A stretch of DNA of 64,000 nucleotides from Fibrobacteria bacterium (GCA_043745805.1 JAYTSD010000008.1:288001-352000), one strand, 5' to 3'; shown: positions 53,101-63,406, counted from the first letter of the stretch. Numbers and translations are program-made. Notes: generated by a model from the sequence alone, not told the origin.

Positions 53101-53921
53101 CCGGTAAAGAAAAAGAAAAAATCACGTTTTACTGGACCATAAGCAAAGTTAAGTGAAAAAGAGGCCGTTGAATCATTCGCTGGCACTATTTTATGTGGCA
53201 TAAGCAAAAATCGTTTTTCCTCATTTCCAATTTGCACATGTGCAAAAACGTTTTGGCCGGGGAAATAATTTTTTAAAAGCGCCGTAACGTTTAAAGTATC
53301 CTCGTCGCCTATTACAAAGTGATTTTGAGAAATTTCGAAATGTAAAAGTGGTATAGCCGCCAAAGTACGCTGAGGATGAATAATACTTGCATAAAATTTG
53401 GAATTATTTCCCGATAGGTAGGCTGCCGAAAATATAAGGCCAAAAGAAAAACCCAGCACGATTAATCCCCATCGCCAAGGAAAAGCCATGCGCTGAATTA
53501 TAAGTTGCGGCCAAAACTCAGTATATAACTTTTCTAAAGCCTTTAATGTCTCATCGGAATGATTGTCTAAAGAAAGTAAAGACTGAAAAATATCCGGAGC
53601 ATTTGCATTGGCGCGATCCCAACCTTTAGCAATGGAAGGAATGGCTTGGGTTAAGGTTTGCCAAACCCAAAACCCATAAATAGGTAGCGTCAAATACACA
53701 TAAGGAAATAACGCTAAAGCCTTTAAAGTCCAACCAGACCAAGGATATTTAGCCGACCAATATCCCAAGCAACCAGATAATACAGCATGCGTAAGGATTA
53801 AAAGGAAGGTCACTTGCAAGATACGCTTCCACAAAAGGCGACGACGTTCCGCAAAAAGAAGTTCCACCCCTTTATTTAAGGTGGTAAAATTCATTTCCAG
53901 AGCTGTCCTTGTAAATACCAA
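50106..53921 (-). CDS. DUF4175-like membrane-anchored coiled-coil protein
   Basis: N-terminal TMs, PPAYT, DEAPQL, DDFGI and AWDNDAISG.K.GKS, then a long Gln/Glu/Lys coiled coil with G/S-rich linkers. Confidence 0.78.
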   Translation of the reverse strand: MVFTRTALEMNFTTLNKGVELLFAERRRLLWKRILQVTFLLILTHAVLSGCLGYWSAKYPWSGWTLKALALFPYVYLTLPIYGFWVWQTLTQAIPSIAKGWDRANANAPDIFQSLLSLDNHSDETLKALEKLYTEFWPQLIIQRMAFPWRWGLIVLGFSFGLIFSAAYLSGNNSKFYASIIHPQRTLAAIPLLHFEISQNHFVIGDEDTLNVTALLKNYFPGQNVFAHVQIGNEEKRFLLMPHKIVPANDSTASFSLNFAYGPVKRDFFFFFTGENGKSKRFLAQVKSAPTFSQLQFIVQPPAYTNLGPDTLPRGQVHFEVLPGSQVVINAQANRDLQKAELSIHYADSVKANQFRDLGKGQNYTWRGGVREAQTLTFKLCDRDGLLNHTQLQAQIEMLRDEAPQLTLINPRPQDVLNRSLLLPLQVKVHDDFGISRLQLHYRISNENNQNRTGIVSARFWWKKESEMAEFTWNLDSLGLRPENSLEIYFQAWDNDAISGNKSGKSERIILRMPSLEEWLADLQKQEGNALTSLKSATERQKQVNHKLDQVQSAPKEDAPPSITEYDIQRIMLRDPLEHGKRVQALMQKAYPKLAEHMLKAEKDLPLNNPANLPVEERLTLLKKIQKNQQEELTQLAQIEKTMEQPEKGDKGNKVAPADKNKLAAEKTHLQDLKNEAKKNAENQKDLQGLFEDEKKQSAFKQQLQEQGAKDQLEVAKDLQQASEDLQKFMQKSMDNKLLSPELLDKMKKVRELTKELLSDSLKDLLREKMAGQEVNPEDLQKEMNKLMENREQLQQDIDRTLSMLQNLREMQKIESWKNRLEDLEEREKNVATTLARENQKKISEDSHKLLAELNKEADKQKMYADINEAFQKEKVTEDMQAAEELMSDNQKKTEAKQAAGKVQKKLAKMQKILAEATAEGGEGLEIDLSEIDNITQESLELMHLQNLIRSGKSQRQSEGWEGDEPSLYGSVEQVARYLQDHLKVLSGELPFVSPVLLSEVRQLQITAAAAAKEYNGDKADLALQHSENVSRELLKLLKFARNQQASGNSGSSGKSKGQGKEGKEGSDGKSGKNGKGKKSSGQGHGDFASQLKGMSGKQMAINQATTELLHAMMEARSQGKSANSLSPGQSPQGMANQQGELGEQIEGLAEKDNAGGGSAQKLHQLAEQARNLEKELRQGRLNPEELQQKQQRFQTRLLEAANAMEERGESPEREAKSYQGNASENQIANAMSPDKVRDLLQAARKNAKNWKLDSNQRKIVEKYFETLMAQ

Positions 53922-54589
53922 GCCACCACATTTACGCCCATACGCAAAGCCTGCTCATGCAGAGTGGGGAGGTCATGATACACTTCCAAATCCTCCCAAC
54001 CATTGCCTAAATCACTTTCATAACTAAAGAAAACTATTTGTCGGCCTTCGATTTGAATTCCAAACGCAGTAGCACGTTTACCATCATGCTCATGAATTTT
54101 AGGTAAGCCATTAGGAAATTTGTAAAAGGCGGAAAACACGGGATGCGCATTGCTTAAAATTTGTAAGGGATTATGCGGAAAAAGAATTTTCATTTCTCGT
54201 TGAAAACTTTCTTGCAATCCATAATTATCATCTGCGAATAATAATCCGCCGCGCAGTAAATAAGTGCGCAAGACCTTTCTCTCCTCTTCGGAAAAAGTCA
54301 CATTGCCATGGCCCGTCATAAACAAAATAGGATAGCGATACAAATCACCATCCAATAAAGCCACGATACGTTCTTGAACGCAGGTTTTTATTTGCAAATC
54401 TTTTTTTAAACGCGCTTGTAAATTAGCCAGCATGGATGGGCCAGCATACCAATCCCCTCCGCCTCCATACTTTAAACGCGCCACCGCAAAACAACTGTCT
54501 TGGGTTTCGGCAATAAGTTTACCTAAACATACAACCACAAATAAAAAAAATATTTTAAGGCGTAAGTGCAACATTTTTATTTGCCTCAA
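53891..54589 (-). CDS. DUF4159 domain protein
   Basis: RLKYGGGGDWY, LFMTGHG, GGLLFADDNYG, GLPKIHEHD, DLGNGWED and ALRMGVN. Confidence 0.92.
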   Translation of the reverse strand: MRQIKMLHLRLKIFFLFVVVCLGKLIAETQDSCFAVARLKYGGGGDWYAGPSMLANLQARLKKDLQIKTCVQERIVALLDGDLYRYPILFMTGHGNVTFSEEERKVLRTYLLRGGLLFADDNYGLQESFQREMKILFPHNPLQILSNAHPVFSAFYKFPNGLPKIHEHDGKRATAFGIQIEGRQIVFFSYESDLGNGWEDLEVYHDLPTLHEQALRMGVNVVAWYLQGQLWK

Positions 54590-56708
54590 CCGAGGTATAA
54601 AGTTTTTTGTAAATCCAATAATTAGCCATCACCTTTTTTATATAATCCCGTGTTTCCCAATAACTAATATCTTCTACATATTGTTCTAAAGGCTTTTTTC
54701 CCAATTGACTTTGCCAACGTTTTGCCGGTTCTGGACCTGCATTATAATTCGCTAGTATGAAGGGTAAGCTGCCTTTATAAATTTGCATCAGCTCATGCAA
54801 ATAAACGGTTCCTAAACGAATATTGATAGCGGCGAGTTGTAAATCATCGCTGGCAAATTTAGGGATATGTGCTTTTTGTGCGATGCGTTTACCTGTGGCG
54901 GGCATAATTTGCATTAGCCCTGTGGCTCCTACTGCCGATTTGATGTTGGGATCAAAACCACTTTCTTGACGCATTAAAGCAAAAATAAAATAAGGATCTA
55001 AATTGCTTTGCATAGCATTTTGCCTTACTTCTTCACTATAGGCTTGGGGATAAATCAATTTGGCTATTGCTAAAGGTGTTTTAGCTATTTGTTCTTCGGA
55101 AATTTTATTCCACAATAACAATCCAATTTTATAGGATTCGGGATAAAGTTTATAATTCAGAAATATTCTTGAATAATTCAATAATAACCATGGATTATTT
55201 TTTTCTGAATCCGGAAAACTTTTAAAGGTAGTAATGGCCAAAGTATCGAGATGTAATTGTAATAATTTACCAATGTCGAGATAATTACTCGCAAAATTAT
55301 TAGGAGTTAATTCTTTAAAGTCCGATAAATTATTTTGCATCCATGCTTTTAAGCTGTCGGGCCTTGAAGAAGCCGGTGCCCAAATAGCCAGTAAACTATC
55401 ATTAATGATCTTTTTTTTCTGATGCGCATTTAGTGTATCACGTGCAATACAACCATAAAACTGATAAGGAAACTGATCCGCGAGAATATTATAGTCTTCA
55501 TAAACACCTGCTGTATCCCCTAGTCGCTGGCGCATTTGAGCTTCCCAAAAAATCCCCGCGGAAGTCGCGGCTAGGTTTTTTTGTGCGCGCACATTTCTAA
55601 AAAAAGTTAAGGCCACCGAATCATTTTGCTGTTTAGCATAATTCCAGCCTATGCGAAAATTTGCCCACTCTGCACGTTTGTTTTTATTCGTAGGTACTAA
55701 TTGACGAAAGTACAATTCAATAGCTTTAGTGTAATCGCCTTTACCTTCCGCATCGAAAGCTCTTAACCAATAAATTTCCGACGATTTTTCATGCTGTGGA
55801 AATTTTTCTAAAAAAGTGTCATAGGTTTGCTGCGCTTTTTTTTCCTCTCCATTTTTGTCTTGGGCTTTCGCCATTTGTAGCCACACTTCCGCATGCTCCC
55901 CATAAAGCCGCGAATATTTCTGTCCCACAGAAATCACATTCACGTATTGCTTATCTTTCAGATATAAACGAATAACATTTAATTGTAATTTTCGTTTTTC
56001 TTCGGGATTGGGCAAACAAGCTAACAAGGCTTCGCAACGCGAAATACCTGCCGAAAAATATCCCAATTTTTCTTCCCACGCCAAGAGCAGGTTTTGTACC
56101 TCCCAGCTACTTTGGCATATTGGATTACACGCATTCAACATTTTATATAGAGTATCAGCACGCTTGTCGCTATAACTTAATTCCACTAATGTGTGCAGAG
56201 GTTTTTCAAAACCTTGAAAATTTCCTCGATAACTTTTCAAGTTTAACCAAGCTTGAATAAACTCGAATTTTACATTCGCCGGTATAGGATTAAATATGGC
56301 CTGTTCATAAAACTCTAGCTTGTTCGAATCCGAAGGAGTTGTTTGTGAAAAAATAAGTGCTCGCTTTTTCCATAAAAAAGCTTGCCAACTGGAACTCGAA
56401 ACCGTCTTGCATTTTTCTGCCAAAACACTATCGGCTTTATCAAACTTAGCTAAACCAATATATGCCTCATATAAAAGCGAGGTAACATATAACTGTGCCA
56501 AAGGTTCATTCGGTTTTGCCAACTGTAATAAGCGAATGGCTTTAGTATAATTTTTTATTTGTAAAGCCTGTACAGCCCCAACAAAGGCGTTTTGAAAACG
56601 CCTGACTTCCTTGGCAGAGGGAAAAAAAATTTCGGCGGGTACTTTGACTTCGGCGGAAAAAGTGAATCCGCAAAATATTAACAAGAACCCAAAAGGCAGC
56701 CATTTCAT
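54555..56708 (-). CDS. Soluble lytic transglycosylase (Slt70-like, TPR + SLT)
   Basis: MRQESGF, GATGLMQIMP, NYNAGP and ETRDYIKKV. Confidence 0.92.
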   Translation of the reverse strand: MKWLPFGFLLIFCGFTFSAEVKVPAEIFFPSAKEVRRFQNAFVGAVQALQIKNYTKAIRLLQLAKPNEPLAQLYVTSLLYEAYIGLAKFDKADSVLAEKCKTVSSSSWQAFLWKKRALIFSQTTPSDSNKLEFYEQAIFNPIPANVKFEFIQAWLNLKSYRGNFQGFEKPLHTLVELSYSDKRADTLYKMLNACNPICQSSWEVQNLLLAWEEKLGYFSAGISRCEALLACLPNPEEKRKLQLNVIRLYLKDKQYVNVISVGQKYSRLYGEHAEVWLQMAKAQDKNGEEKKAQQTYDTFLEKFPQHEKSSEIYWLRAFDAEGKGDYTKAIELYFRQLVPTNKNKRAEWANFRIGWNYAKQQNDSVALTFFRNVRAQKNLAATSAGIFWEAQMRQRLGDTAGVYEDYNILADQFPYQFYGCIARDTLNAHQKKKIINDSLLAIWAPASSRPDSLKAWMQNNLSDFKELTPNNFASNYLDIGKLLQLHLDTLAITTFKSFPDSEKNNPWLLLNYSRIFLNYKLYPESYKIGLLLWNKISEEQIAKTPLAIAKLIYPQAYSEEVRQNAMQSNLDPYFIFALMRQESGFDPNIKSAVGATGLMQIMPATGKRIAQKAHIPKFASDDLQLAAINIRLGTVYLHELMQIYKGSLPFILANYNAGPEPAKRWQSQLGKKPLEQYVEDISYWETRDYIKKVMANYWIYKKLYTSVEANKNVALTP

Positions 56709-56750
56709 ATGATTGAAAATAGTAAATCGCTTGCGGCAAAGCGCAATGAG

Positions 56751-58550
56751 CTAAACCGGCGAAGAAGAAAGATGCGTAGTTTTGAAAAGACCTAAATCCT
56801 TAAGTAAAGTTCCAAAACGAATTTGTAAAAATTGGCGAATTTCATTGGCTGTTTTCATGCCTTGCACTTTTACGGCACATTTTCGCACCTCTTCATAAGT
56901 CAGTGAACGAATCAATTTTTTCATTTCTAATAATCCGCCTGGACCCATAGATAATTCATCGACGTCCATACCTATTAATAAAATCGCTGAAAAAGGATCT
57001 GCTGCCATTTCTCCACAAACACCCACTTCAATCCCATGTGCATGACCCGTATCAATAATGAGTTTAATCATTCTTAATACCGAAGGGCTTTGAGGTTCAT
57101 ATAAATCGGCAATTTTTTCATTAGCTCTATCCACGGCCAATGTGAATTGCACTAAATCATTAGTACCGATGCTAAAAAAATCAACTTCTTGCGCCAATTC
57201 ATGGGCGATCATCACCGCTGCAGGAACTTCTATCATACAACCAATAGGTATTTTGGGATCATAGGAAACTTTATCGCGATCCATTTCTTCACATACTTGG
57301 CGCAAAATTTTTTTTGCTTCGCGAATTTCCCATACACTACAAATCATGGGAAACATTATGCGCACATTAAGCATAGCACTCGCGCGTAAAATGGCACGCA
57401 ATTGTACTTTGAAAATGTCTTGATTATCCAAACATACACGAATTGAACGCCAGCCCATATAGGGATTAAGTTCACCCGCATTTTTTAAAGCCGGAACCAA
57501 TTTATCACCACCCGCATCCATGGTACGAATAGTTAAAGTTCTTGGATTCATGCGTTCAGCCATATAATTATAGGCCTGAAACTGTTCTTCCTCTTCTGGC
57601 ATATCTTCACGAGTGATAAATAAAAATTCCGAACGGTATAAGCCTACGGAATCAGCACCATATTGCAAAACACTTTCTACTTCCGAAGGCAATTCAATAT
57701 TTGCAGCAATTTCTACATATTTTCCATCGAGGGTAACAGGATCGAGATCACGCAGGGTAAACAGCTCACGCTCTAAAGCAAAAAAAGCTGCTTTTTTTAT
57801 TTCATATTCTTTAATGTCGCGCAAAGAGGGATTTAAAATTACGATGCCTGCAGTTCCATCAACAATGATGGTAGCACCAAGATCCATTTCATTACCATGC
57901 CAGAGGATTCCTGAAACCGTTGGAATTTCTAAGGAACGCGCTAGAATTGCCACGTGGGAAGTACTACCTCCGACCTCGGTAATAATGCCTAAAGTATTCT
58001 TACGATTGAATTGCGAAAGCACTGAAGGCGTAAGATTATGTGTCATTACAATAACGGGTGATTGAATATCGAGCGACCCCACATTGGTTTCACTCAAAGT
58101 CAAAATATCAATGACACGCGAAGCAATATCCCGCAAATCACTTTTATAATCTTTGAGAAAACCACCGGAAACTTTTTCGAATTTTTCGATAAGGCTTCCC
58201 ATTTTTTCACTAAAAGCAAATTCAGCATTGCATAAATTGTCACGAATATCACGAATTACACTTTCTACGACGTCCACATCTTGTAAAATCAAAATGTGAC
58301 TATCAAAAATGCGTGCTTCATATTCTCCGACATCGCCCACTATGCGGGATTTCACCGCAAGTATTTCTTTTTGAGCGCGTTCTAAAGCTCGACGTAAACG
58401 TGCCACTTCTTGTTCAGCCTTTTCGGGTGCAATAGTAATACGTTTAACTAATCGTTCTTCTGGATGCAATAAATAAGCTGGTCCAATGGCAAATCCCGGG
58501 GAAGCCGGAACGCCTTGCAGCACTTGGCGCTTGTGCTGATGGCCACTCAT
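56751..58550 (-). CDS. ptsI: PTS enzyme I
   Basis: GVPASPG, GGSTSHVAILARS (phospho-His), GLYRSEF, RTMDAGGDK, FFSIGTNDL and VCGEMA. No N-terminal GAF domain. Confidence 0.96.
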   Translation of the reverse strand: MSGHQHKRQVLQGVPASPGFAIGPAYLLHPEERLVKRITIAPEKAEQEVARLRRALERAQKEILAVKSRIVGDVGEYEARIFDSHILILQDVDVVESVIRDIRDNLCNAEFAFSEKMGSLIEKFEKVSGGFLKDYKSDLRDIASRVIDILTLSETNVGSLDIQSPVIVMTHNLTPSVLSQFNRKNTLGIITEVGGSTSHVAILARSLEIPTVSGILWHGNEMDLGATIIVDGTAGIVILNPSLRDIKEYEIKKAAFFALERELFTLRDLDPVTLDGKYVEIAANIELPSEVESVLQYGADSVGLYRSEFLFITREDMPEEEEQFQAYNYMAERMNPRTLTIRTMDAGGDKLVPALKNAGELNPYMGWRSIRVCLDNQDIFKVQLRAILRASAMLNVRIMFPMICSVWEIREAKKILRQVCEEMDRDKVSYDPKIPIGCMIEVPAAVMIAHELAQEVDFFSIGTNDLVQFTLAVDRANEKIADLYEPQSPSVLRMIKLIIDTGHAHGIEVGVCGEMAADPFSAILLIGMDVDELSMGPGGLLEMKKLIRSLTYEEVRKCAVKVQGMKTANEIRQFLQIRFGTLLKDLGLFKTTHLSSSPV

Positions 58551-58553
58551 ATT

Positions 58554-58820
58554 TTATTCAAATTTAAAACGGGATTGAAATAACTCGTCCATAGCCGCAA
58601 GCGCTTGTTCTTCGTCATTGCCTTCGGCTTCAACGCGAATAGTTGCGCCCATTTCTGCTGCCAAAAGCATAATATTCATAATGCTCTTCGCATTGGCTCG
58701 CATTCCATCTTTTATAAAATACACCTGACTTTGAAATTTACCTGCCGCTTCAACCACAAGCGCAGCTGGGCGTGCATGTATGCCCGATTCATTCTGCACG
58801 GTTAATTCCTTAAATACCAT
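58554..58820 (-). CDS. ptsH: Phosphocarrier protein HPr
   Basis: GIHARPA (His15) and NAKSIM (Ser46). Confidence 0.96.
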   Translation of the reverse strand: MVFKELTVQNESGIHARPAALVVEAAGKFQSQVYFIKDGMRANAKSIMNIMLLAAEMGATIRVEAEGNDEEQALAAMDELFQSRFKFE

Positions 58821-60920
58821 TCAAATTCCCTCTTTCCAAATCAATTCCATTGCACATTTTTTTTCTTGTCCCGCTGTTAATTCAATGTCCCATACGGGAA
58901 TTAAAACCGTGCCTTGATAAACACGTTCATAGCCGCCTTCACTCTGACTCACAGTTTCAATAGCATCTCTCCAAAATTCACAGGTATCCGCTTTTATGCA
59001 ACCCTGTAAACGTAACCATTCATCACGAATTAAAACTTCGGTAGTTTCCATCGAGCCATGCGAGGCCAAGCGATCTCTTTCGGGTTGTGTAGCATTTTTA
59101 TTTTTCCATTCCACAAAACGATCCGAGGCATTACCTGCTAATAAACAAAATAAATTTTCACTGACCAAACGAAAGTTCACGGATTCCAAACCACTAAAAC
59201 TCCATTGTACTTTCAAGCCTTGCGCTGAGAAAATCATGGTTTTTTTCACTTGAAAGGCAATATGCGAGGCTTCCACCAATCCTTCTCCCATATATTCCGC
59301 GCACCAAGATTTTTTCGTCTGAGTCAATACAGGTGTTTTCCAAACCAATTTATAAGCTTCATGGTATTGTTGTGCGAAGTAAGTTTCTGGGCTGCATTGC
59401 GCTTGCAAACAATGATCCGCACTACTCCGTCGAGTACCTTTATCATAAATAAGATATTGCTGTAAATTTTCTTCTTTACTGCCTAAAGTATTTTCCAGCT
59501 TGGTGCCATCTTCCGGCTTTCCCGCAATATTATCATGATAAGCTTCGAATCGACGGGTAAGGGTATCAATTAAATTTACCTTGGTTTTTTTTAACCAAAG
59601 TTGATCCATTTCCGCTTGACCATTGAGGCTCACATATAACTCGGGGGTGTTTAACGCAAACTCCAGCTTGCCATCACAATTCCAATCTTCGCTTTCCCAA
59701 ACTCCGAATGGACCCGCTATTTTGGAGGCGCTATTTTTGCTATCGATAATTTTTTGCGCTTCAATCATTTGGCGATACAAAGCAAAACGCAAATGTGGTA
59801 AATACAAACCCCCAAATACGCCATGCCAATAGGCACAATTACATTGCGCTTGCCAAATATGATCTTGGGCTTCGGCAAATTCTGTTTCAGATAGTTCGGG
59901 TTTTATTTTTTGTAAAGCACGATTCAAACGCTGTACTTGTTTATGCATTTGATTACTTTCAGCATATTTACTGAAAAAATTGCGCCAAAAAACCCCTTTC
60001 ACGAAAGGCAAATAATGCTGACTTTGTTCGCTTTGCATAAGGTCGCGTTGCGCTTGACGAAAAACGGGAATATCTTTTGCGTTCTGTGCCCAGATCATCA
60101 TTTCTTGATAAGAGGCCGGAGGAATATATACCAAACCTAAATTTTTCTCGGGACTTAAACCTCGGGCCACAGTTTCCATGCGAATAGCCCCATTACTTTG
60201 TTCTATCGCTTCAAAAAAATGATGTAACCATTTTTCGCCATAGCAAAGCTGATTTGTAAAAGGCCAATCTCCAAATTTTTCACCATCATCACCAAACACT
60301 ACTTGCACATGCTCTTTAGTATTCATGGCATGCAAGGTTTGTATCACATCACCTACCGGACGAAAGGGAATGAAATCACGCACCACATCGTGAATGGGAA
60401 ACATCTTAAGCGTGTAACCTTGATCTTCAGAAATAAAATAGCCATCCATTTCATTTTCATGCTTGCCCGCCATTTTAAAATGGCTACCATCGAGCAATAC
60501 ATACTCAATGCCGGCTTCGGCAATCACCTTAACCAAAGAAGGTTCCCATACCCGTTCAGCAAGCCAAATTCCTTTAGGGGTAACTCCAAAGAGTCGCTTC
60601 ACCGCAGCTTGTAATTTTTTTAATTGTCCTAATTTGTCGGCATCCGAAATAATGGGCAAAATGGGTTCATAAAATCCCCCTCCCAAAATTTCCACTTGCC
60701 CACGTTTCACTAAACTTTTTAGTTTTTTCAAATACGCGGGTTTATGCTCTTCCAGCCAAGTCAGTAAAATGCCGGAAAAATGTAAGGATAAAGAAATATT
60801 AGGATGCGCTTCTAGATTATCTAAAAATGGTGCATAGGCTTGATCAAAAGCCTTTTCAAAAACAAAATCAAAGTTACCCACCGGTTGATGGTTATGAATT
60901 GCAAAGAGTAAGTGGATCAA
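58821..60920 (-). CDS. GH57 alpha-amylase / 4-alpha-glucanotransferase
   Basis: HNHQPVGN, GIWLAERVWEP (nucleophile Glu), DDGEKFG (acid/base Asp), YQEMM.W and QCNCAYWHGVFGGLYLPHLR. Confidence 0.92.
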   Translation of the reverse strand: MIHLLFAIHNHQPVGNFDFVFEKAFDQAYAPFLDNLEAHPNISLSLHFSGILLTWLEEHKPAYLKKLKSLVKRGQVEILGGGFYEPILPIISDADKLGQLKKLQAAVKRLFGVTPKGIWLAERVWEPSLVKVIAEAGIEYVLLDGSHFKMAGKHENEMDGYFISEDQGYTLKMFPIHDVVRDFIPFRPVGDVIQTLHAMNTKEHVQVVFGDDGEKFGDWPFTNQLCYGEKWLHHFFEAIEQSNGAIRMETVARGLSPEKNLGLVYIPPASYQEMMIWAQNAKDIPVFRQAQRDLMQSEQSQHYLPFVKGVFWRNFFSKYAESNQMHKQVQRLNRALQKIKPELSETEFAEAQDHIWQAQCNCAYWHGVFGGLYLPHLRFALYRQMIEAQKIIDSKNSASKIAGPFGVWESEDWNCDGKLEFALNTPELYVSLNGQAEMDQLWLKKTKVNLIDTLTRRFEAYHDNIAGKPEDGTKLENTLGSKEENLQQYLIYDKGTRRSSADHCLQAQCSPETYFAQQYHEAYKLVWKTPVLTQTKKSWCAEYMGEGLVEASHIAFQVKKTMIFSAQGLKVQWSFSGLESVNFRLVSENLFCLLAGNASDRFVEWKNKNATQPERDRLASHGSMETTEVLIRDEWLRLQGCIKADTCEFWRDAIETVSQSEGGYERVYQGTVLIPVWDIELTAGQEKKCAMELIWKEGI

Positions 60921-60930
60921 GGAAAACTCC

Positions 60931-61833
60931 TTAGAACAAATCGATATTTACGTCGAGGCCCTGTTTTTTAATTTGCCGAAAAAGCGAGTCTGCACTTTGC
61001 GCGGTAGAACGCAACTCAGTATATAAAGTGGTGTCATTTAGCATCGCTCCCAAAGTACTATGCCCACTTTGTGCTTTTTCCAACATATGATTCATATTCT
61101 CTGCAATTTGATCGGCCTTAGCGGCTACCACTTTTAAGCGTTCGGAAATATCTTCCCCATTTTTAATAATATTATGCAAAGGTTTTTGTTCCTCTTTGAT
61201 CAGGCTATTCATTTGCAAACTGGCATTTTCCAAATTGGCTATGCTATGACGTATTTGCGGATCCACTTTTTTAACTAAATCATTGAGTCGATTACTAAGC
61301 GCCTTCGTATCATCCAAGAGCTGATTAAAAGTACTTACAAATTCTTTTTTGCCTACTGTGCTATCCATCACACTTCTTAAGGTTTTAACCATAATTTCGG
61401 ATTGCACAAACACTTCACCCGCTATGCCCAAAGCTTCCGCAATGCCGGCATCAAGTACACCTTGTAATTCAGCGCCCGGTACGAAATAGTCAGAGGAATG
61501 TCCAAGCAAAATTCCTATTTGGCGTTCACCCATAAGTCCAATATTTTGAATACGTACTTCACTATCCTTAGGAAGACGAATCCCTCTCTCCACTTCCACC
61601 GTAACATGTACGTGCTGATCAATTAATTTGAGATCAGCCACTTTCCCCATTTTCACACCATTAACTTTAACGGGATCACCATTTTGCAAAGTGGAAACTT
61701 GATCAAACAAAACACTATATTTATCCATTTTTCTTCCTGGAGACGTTTCCTTCAGGAAGTACACGCCGTATAGCAAAATGGCTACGGCGAGGACCACAAA
61801 TAGGCCTACAACAAAATTATCTTTTCGATCCAT
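60931..61833 (-). CDS. mlaD: MlaD/MCE family protein
   Basis: VGLFV TM, L..GDPVKVNGVKMGKV and GLMGERQI, then a helical tail. Confidence 0.9.
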   Translation of the reverse strand: MDRKDNFVVGLFVVLAVAILLYGVYFLKETSPGRKMDKYSVLFDQVSTLQNGDPVKVNGVKMGKVADLKLIDQHVHVTVEVERGIRLPKDSEVRIQNIGLMGERQIGILLGHSSDYFVPGAELQGVLDAGIAEALGIAGEVFVQSEIMVKTLRSVMDSTVGKKEFVSTFNQLLDDTKALSNRLNDLVKKVDPQIRHSIANLENASLQMNSLIKEEQKPLHNIIKNGEDISERLKVVAAKADQIAENMNHMLEKAQSGHSTLGAMLNDTTLYTELRSTAQSADSLFRQIKKQGLDVNIDLF

Positions 61834-61923
61834 CTTGGCGTAAATATAAATACTGTAAGCGCAAAGCCTTTATGGCTCTCAAAGATAATGTTAGAAATCG
61901 ATGCACCTGAATATTAGGTTTGG

Positions 61924-62940
61924 TTATTCGTAAACCTCGGTGGATAACCGGGTTAAAGAGTTGAGGCGTGTTTTGTTTTTCATTGTTTCTATCAATTTTT
62001 CGTTGAAAAGTTTGGCCGCGTCGATGCCGTTCATTTTGAGTAGCATATTCATAGCTATCACTTCGGATATCACGGTAATATTTTTGCCAGGAGAGATGGG
62101 AATAATCACTTTGGGCACACCCACACCTATCACATCGGTGATTAAAGGATCGAGTCCTGTACGTTCGTAATTTTCTCCGTCTCGCCATTTCTGCAATTCT
62201 ACCACTACTTCCACTTTTTTGGTATTACGAATTGCACGAATACCGAATAATTTACCCACATCGACAATACCAATGCCACGAATTTCCATATGATGACCAA
62301 GAATTTTATTTCCTTTGCCTATAATGGAATGCCCTTTGCGAATTAAATGCACAATATCATCGGCGACTAAGCGATGTCCGCGCTCTACTAAATCGAGTAC
62401 GCATTCACTTTTTCCCACGCCACTTTCCCCAACATAGAGCATTCCCACGCCGTACACATCCACTAAGGAAGCGTGAACGGAACAGTAAGGGGAAAACCAA
62501 TCCTCTAAAATATCTTGCACTTCGGTGCAATAATTTAAAGTTTCGCGCGAAGTGGTCATGATCGGCACATTTTGCGCCAAGCACATTTGCAAAAGTTCAT
62601 CATGCAAACCAGCATTATGCGTCAACACCCAAAGCGGTGACCGATATTCTTTAAGTCGATCAAAAATTTCTTTGCGTTTTTCCGTACCAATCGATTCCAA
62701 ATAAGACCATTCAGTGGTGCCGATGATTTGTACGCGTTGAAAAGAATAAACTCCGGTAAAGCCGGCTAAGGCTAAACCAGGACGATGTAAATTAGCTTCA
62801 ATAATTTCTGTGCAAAGAGTGGTTTCAGGAGTTTTTAAACTCATAGAAAGTTCTTCACGAAACTGGGTATAAAAATCCCTCACAGGGAGGGAACGTTTAC
62901 GGTTTATTTCTAATCGATTGAATTCTATTTGTTGAGGCAA
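61924..62940 (-). CDS. hprK: HPr(Ser) kinase/phosphorylase
   Basis: HRPGLALAGF, Walker A GESGVGKSE, GHRLVADD, HHMEIRGIG and PGKN. Confidence 0.97.
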   Translation of the reverse strand: MPQQIEFNRLEINRKRSLPVRDFYTQFREELSMSLKTPETTLCTEIIEANLHRPGLALAGFTGVYSFQRVQIIGTTEWSYLESIGTEKRKEIFDRLKEYRSPLWVLTHNAGLHDELLQMCLAQNVPIMTTSRETLNYCTEVQDILEDWFSPYCSVHASLVDVYGVGMLYVGESGVGKSECVLDLVERGHRLVADDIVHLIRKGHSIIGKGNKILGHHMEIRGIGIVDVGKLFGIRAIRNTKKVEVVVELQKWRDGENYERTGLDPLITDVIGVGVPKVIIPISPGKNITVISEVIAMNMLLKMNGIDAAKLFNEKLIETMKNKTRLNSLTRLSTEVYE

Positions 62941-62951
62941 TACAAAAGTCT

Positions 62952-63278
62952 CTACGGTTCTGCGATTAAGGAAGCAATAGGCGCACCTTTATGCACCTTC
63001 ATTTTTTCATTCTCTTTTTTTAATTGTCTTTCGACCTTGCCGAGCATACTTTCGATTGCCTTATGCATATTTTCTTCTTCGGCGTGTGCATGCACCGTTT
63101 TATCTAAAATCTTCACAGTGATTTCAGCTTTACGCATCCCTTCATGTGGAGCATCGAGTACGACGTGAGCGCCGCTTATAGAATCATTAAACTTCGTGAT
63201 TCTTTCGACATTCTCTTTAATATTGGCATATAACTGATTCGAAGCTTCAAAATGCCGAGCGGTGATTTGGATTTTCAT
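62952..63278 (-). CDS. hpf: Ribosome hibernation promoting factor (short HPF/RaiA)
   Basis: MKIQITARHF and AIESM..KVERQLKK.NEK. Downstream of rpoN, with AAGGAG SD. Confidence 0.92.
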   Translation of the reverse strand: MKIQITARHFEASNQLYANIKENVERITKFNDSISGAHVVLDAPHEGMRKAEITVKILDKTVHAHAEEENMHKAIESMLGKVERQLKKENEKMKVHKGAPIASLIAEP

Positions 63279-63406
63279 GTGGCTCTCCTTCTTGTAAGTC
63301 GTTGTGGTTAATGGCTGTCCATCCTTAATCTACATAAACACAATACATAAATTGGATGACTAGAGGAAATATTTTTATTGCCGTAATGCTCATATGTCCA
63401 AGTTTT

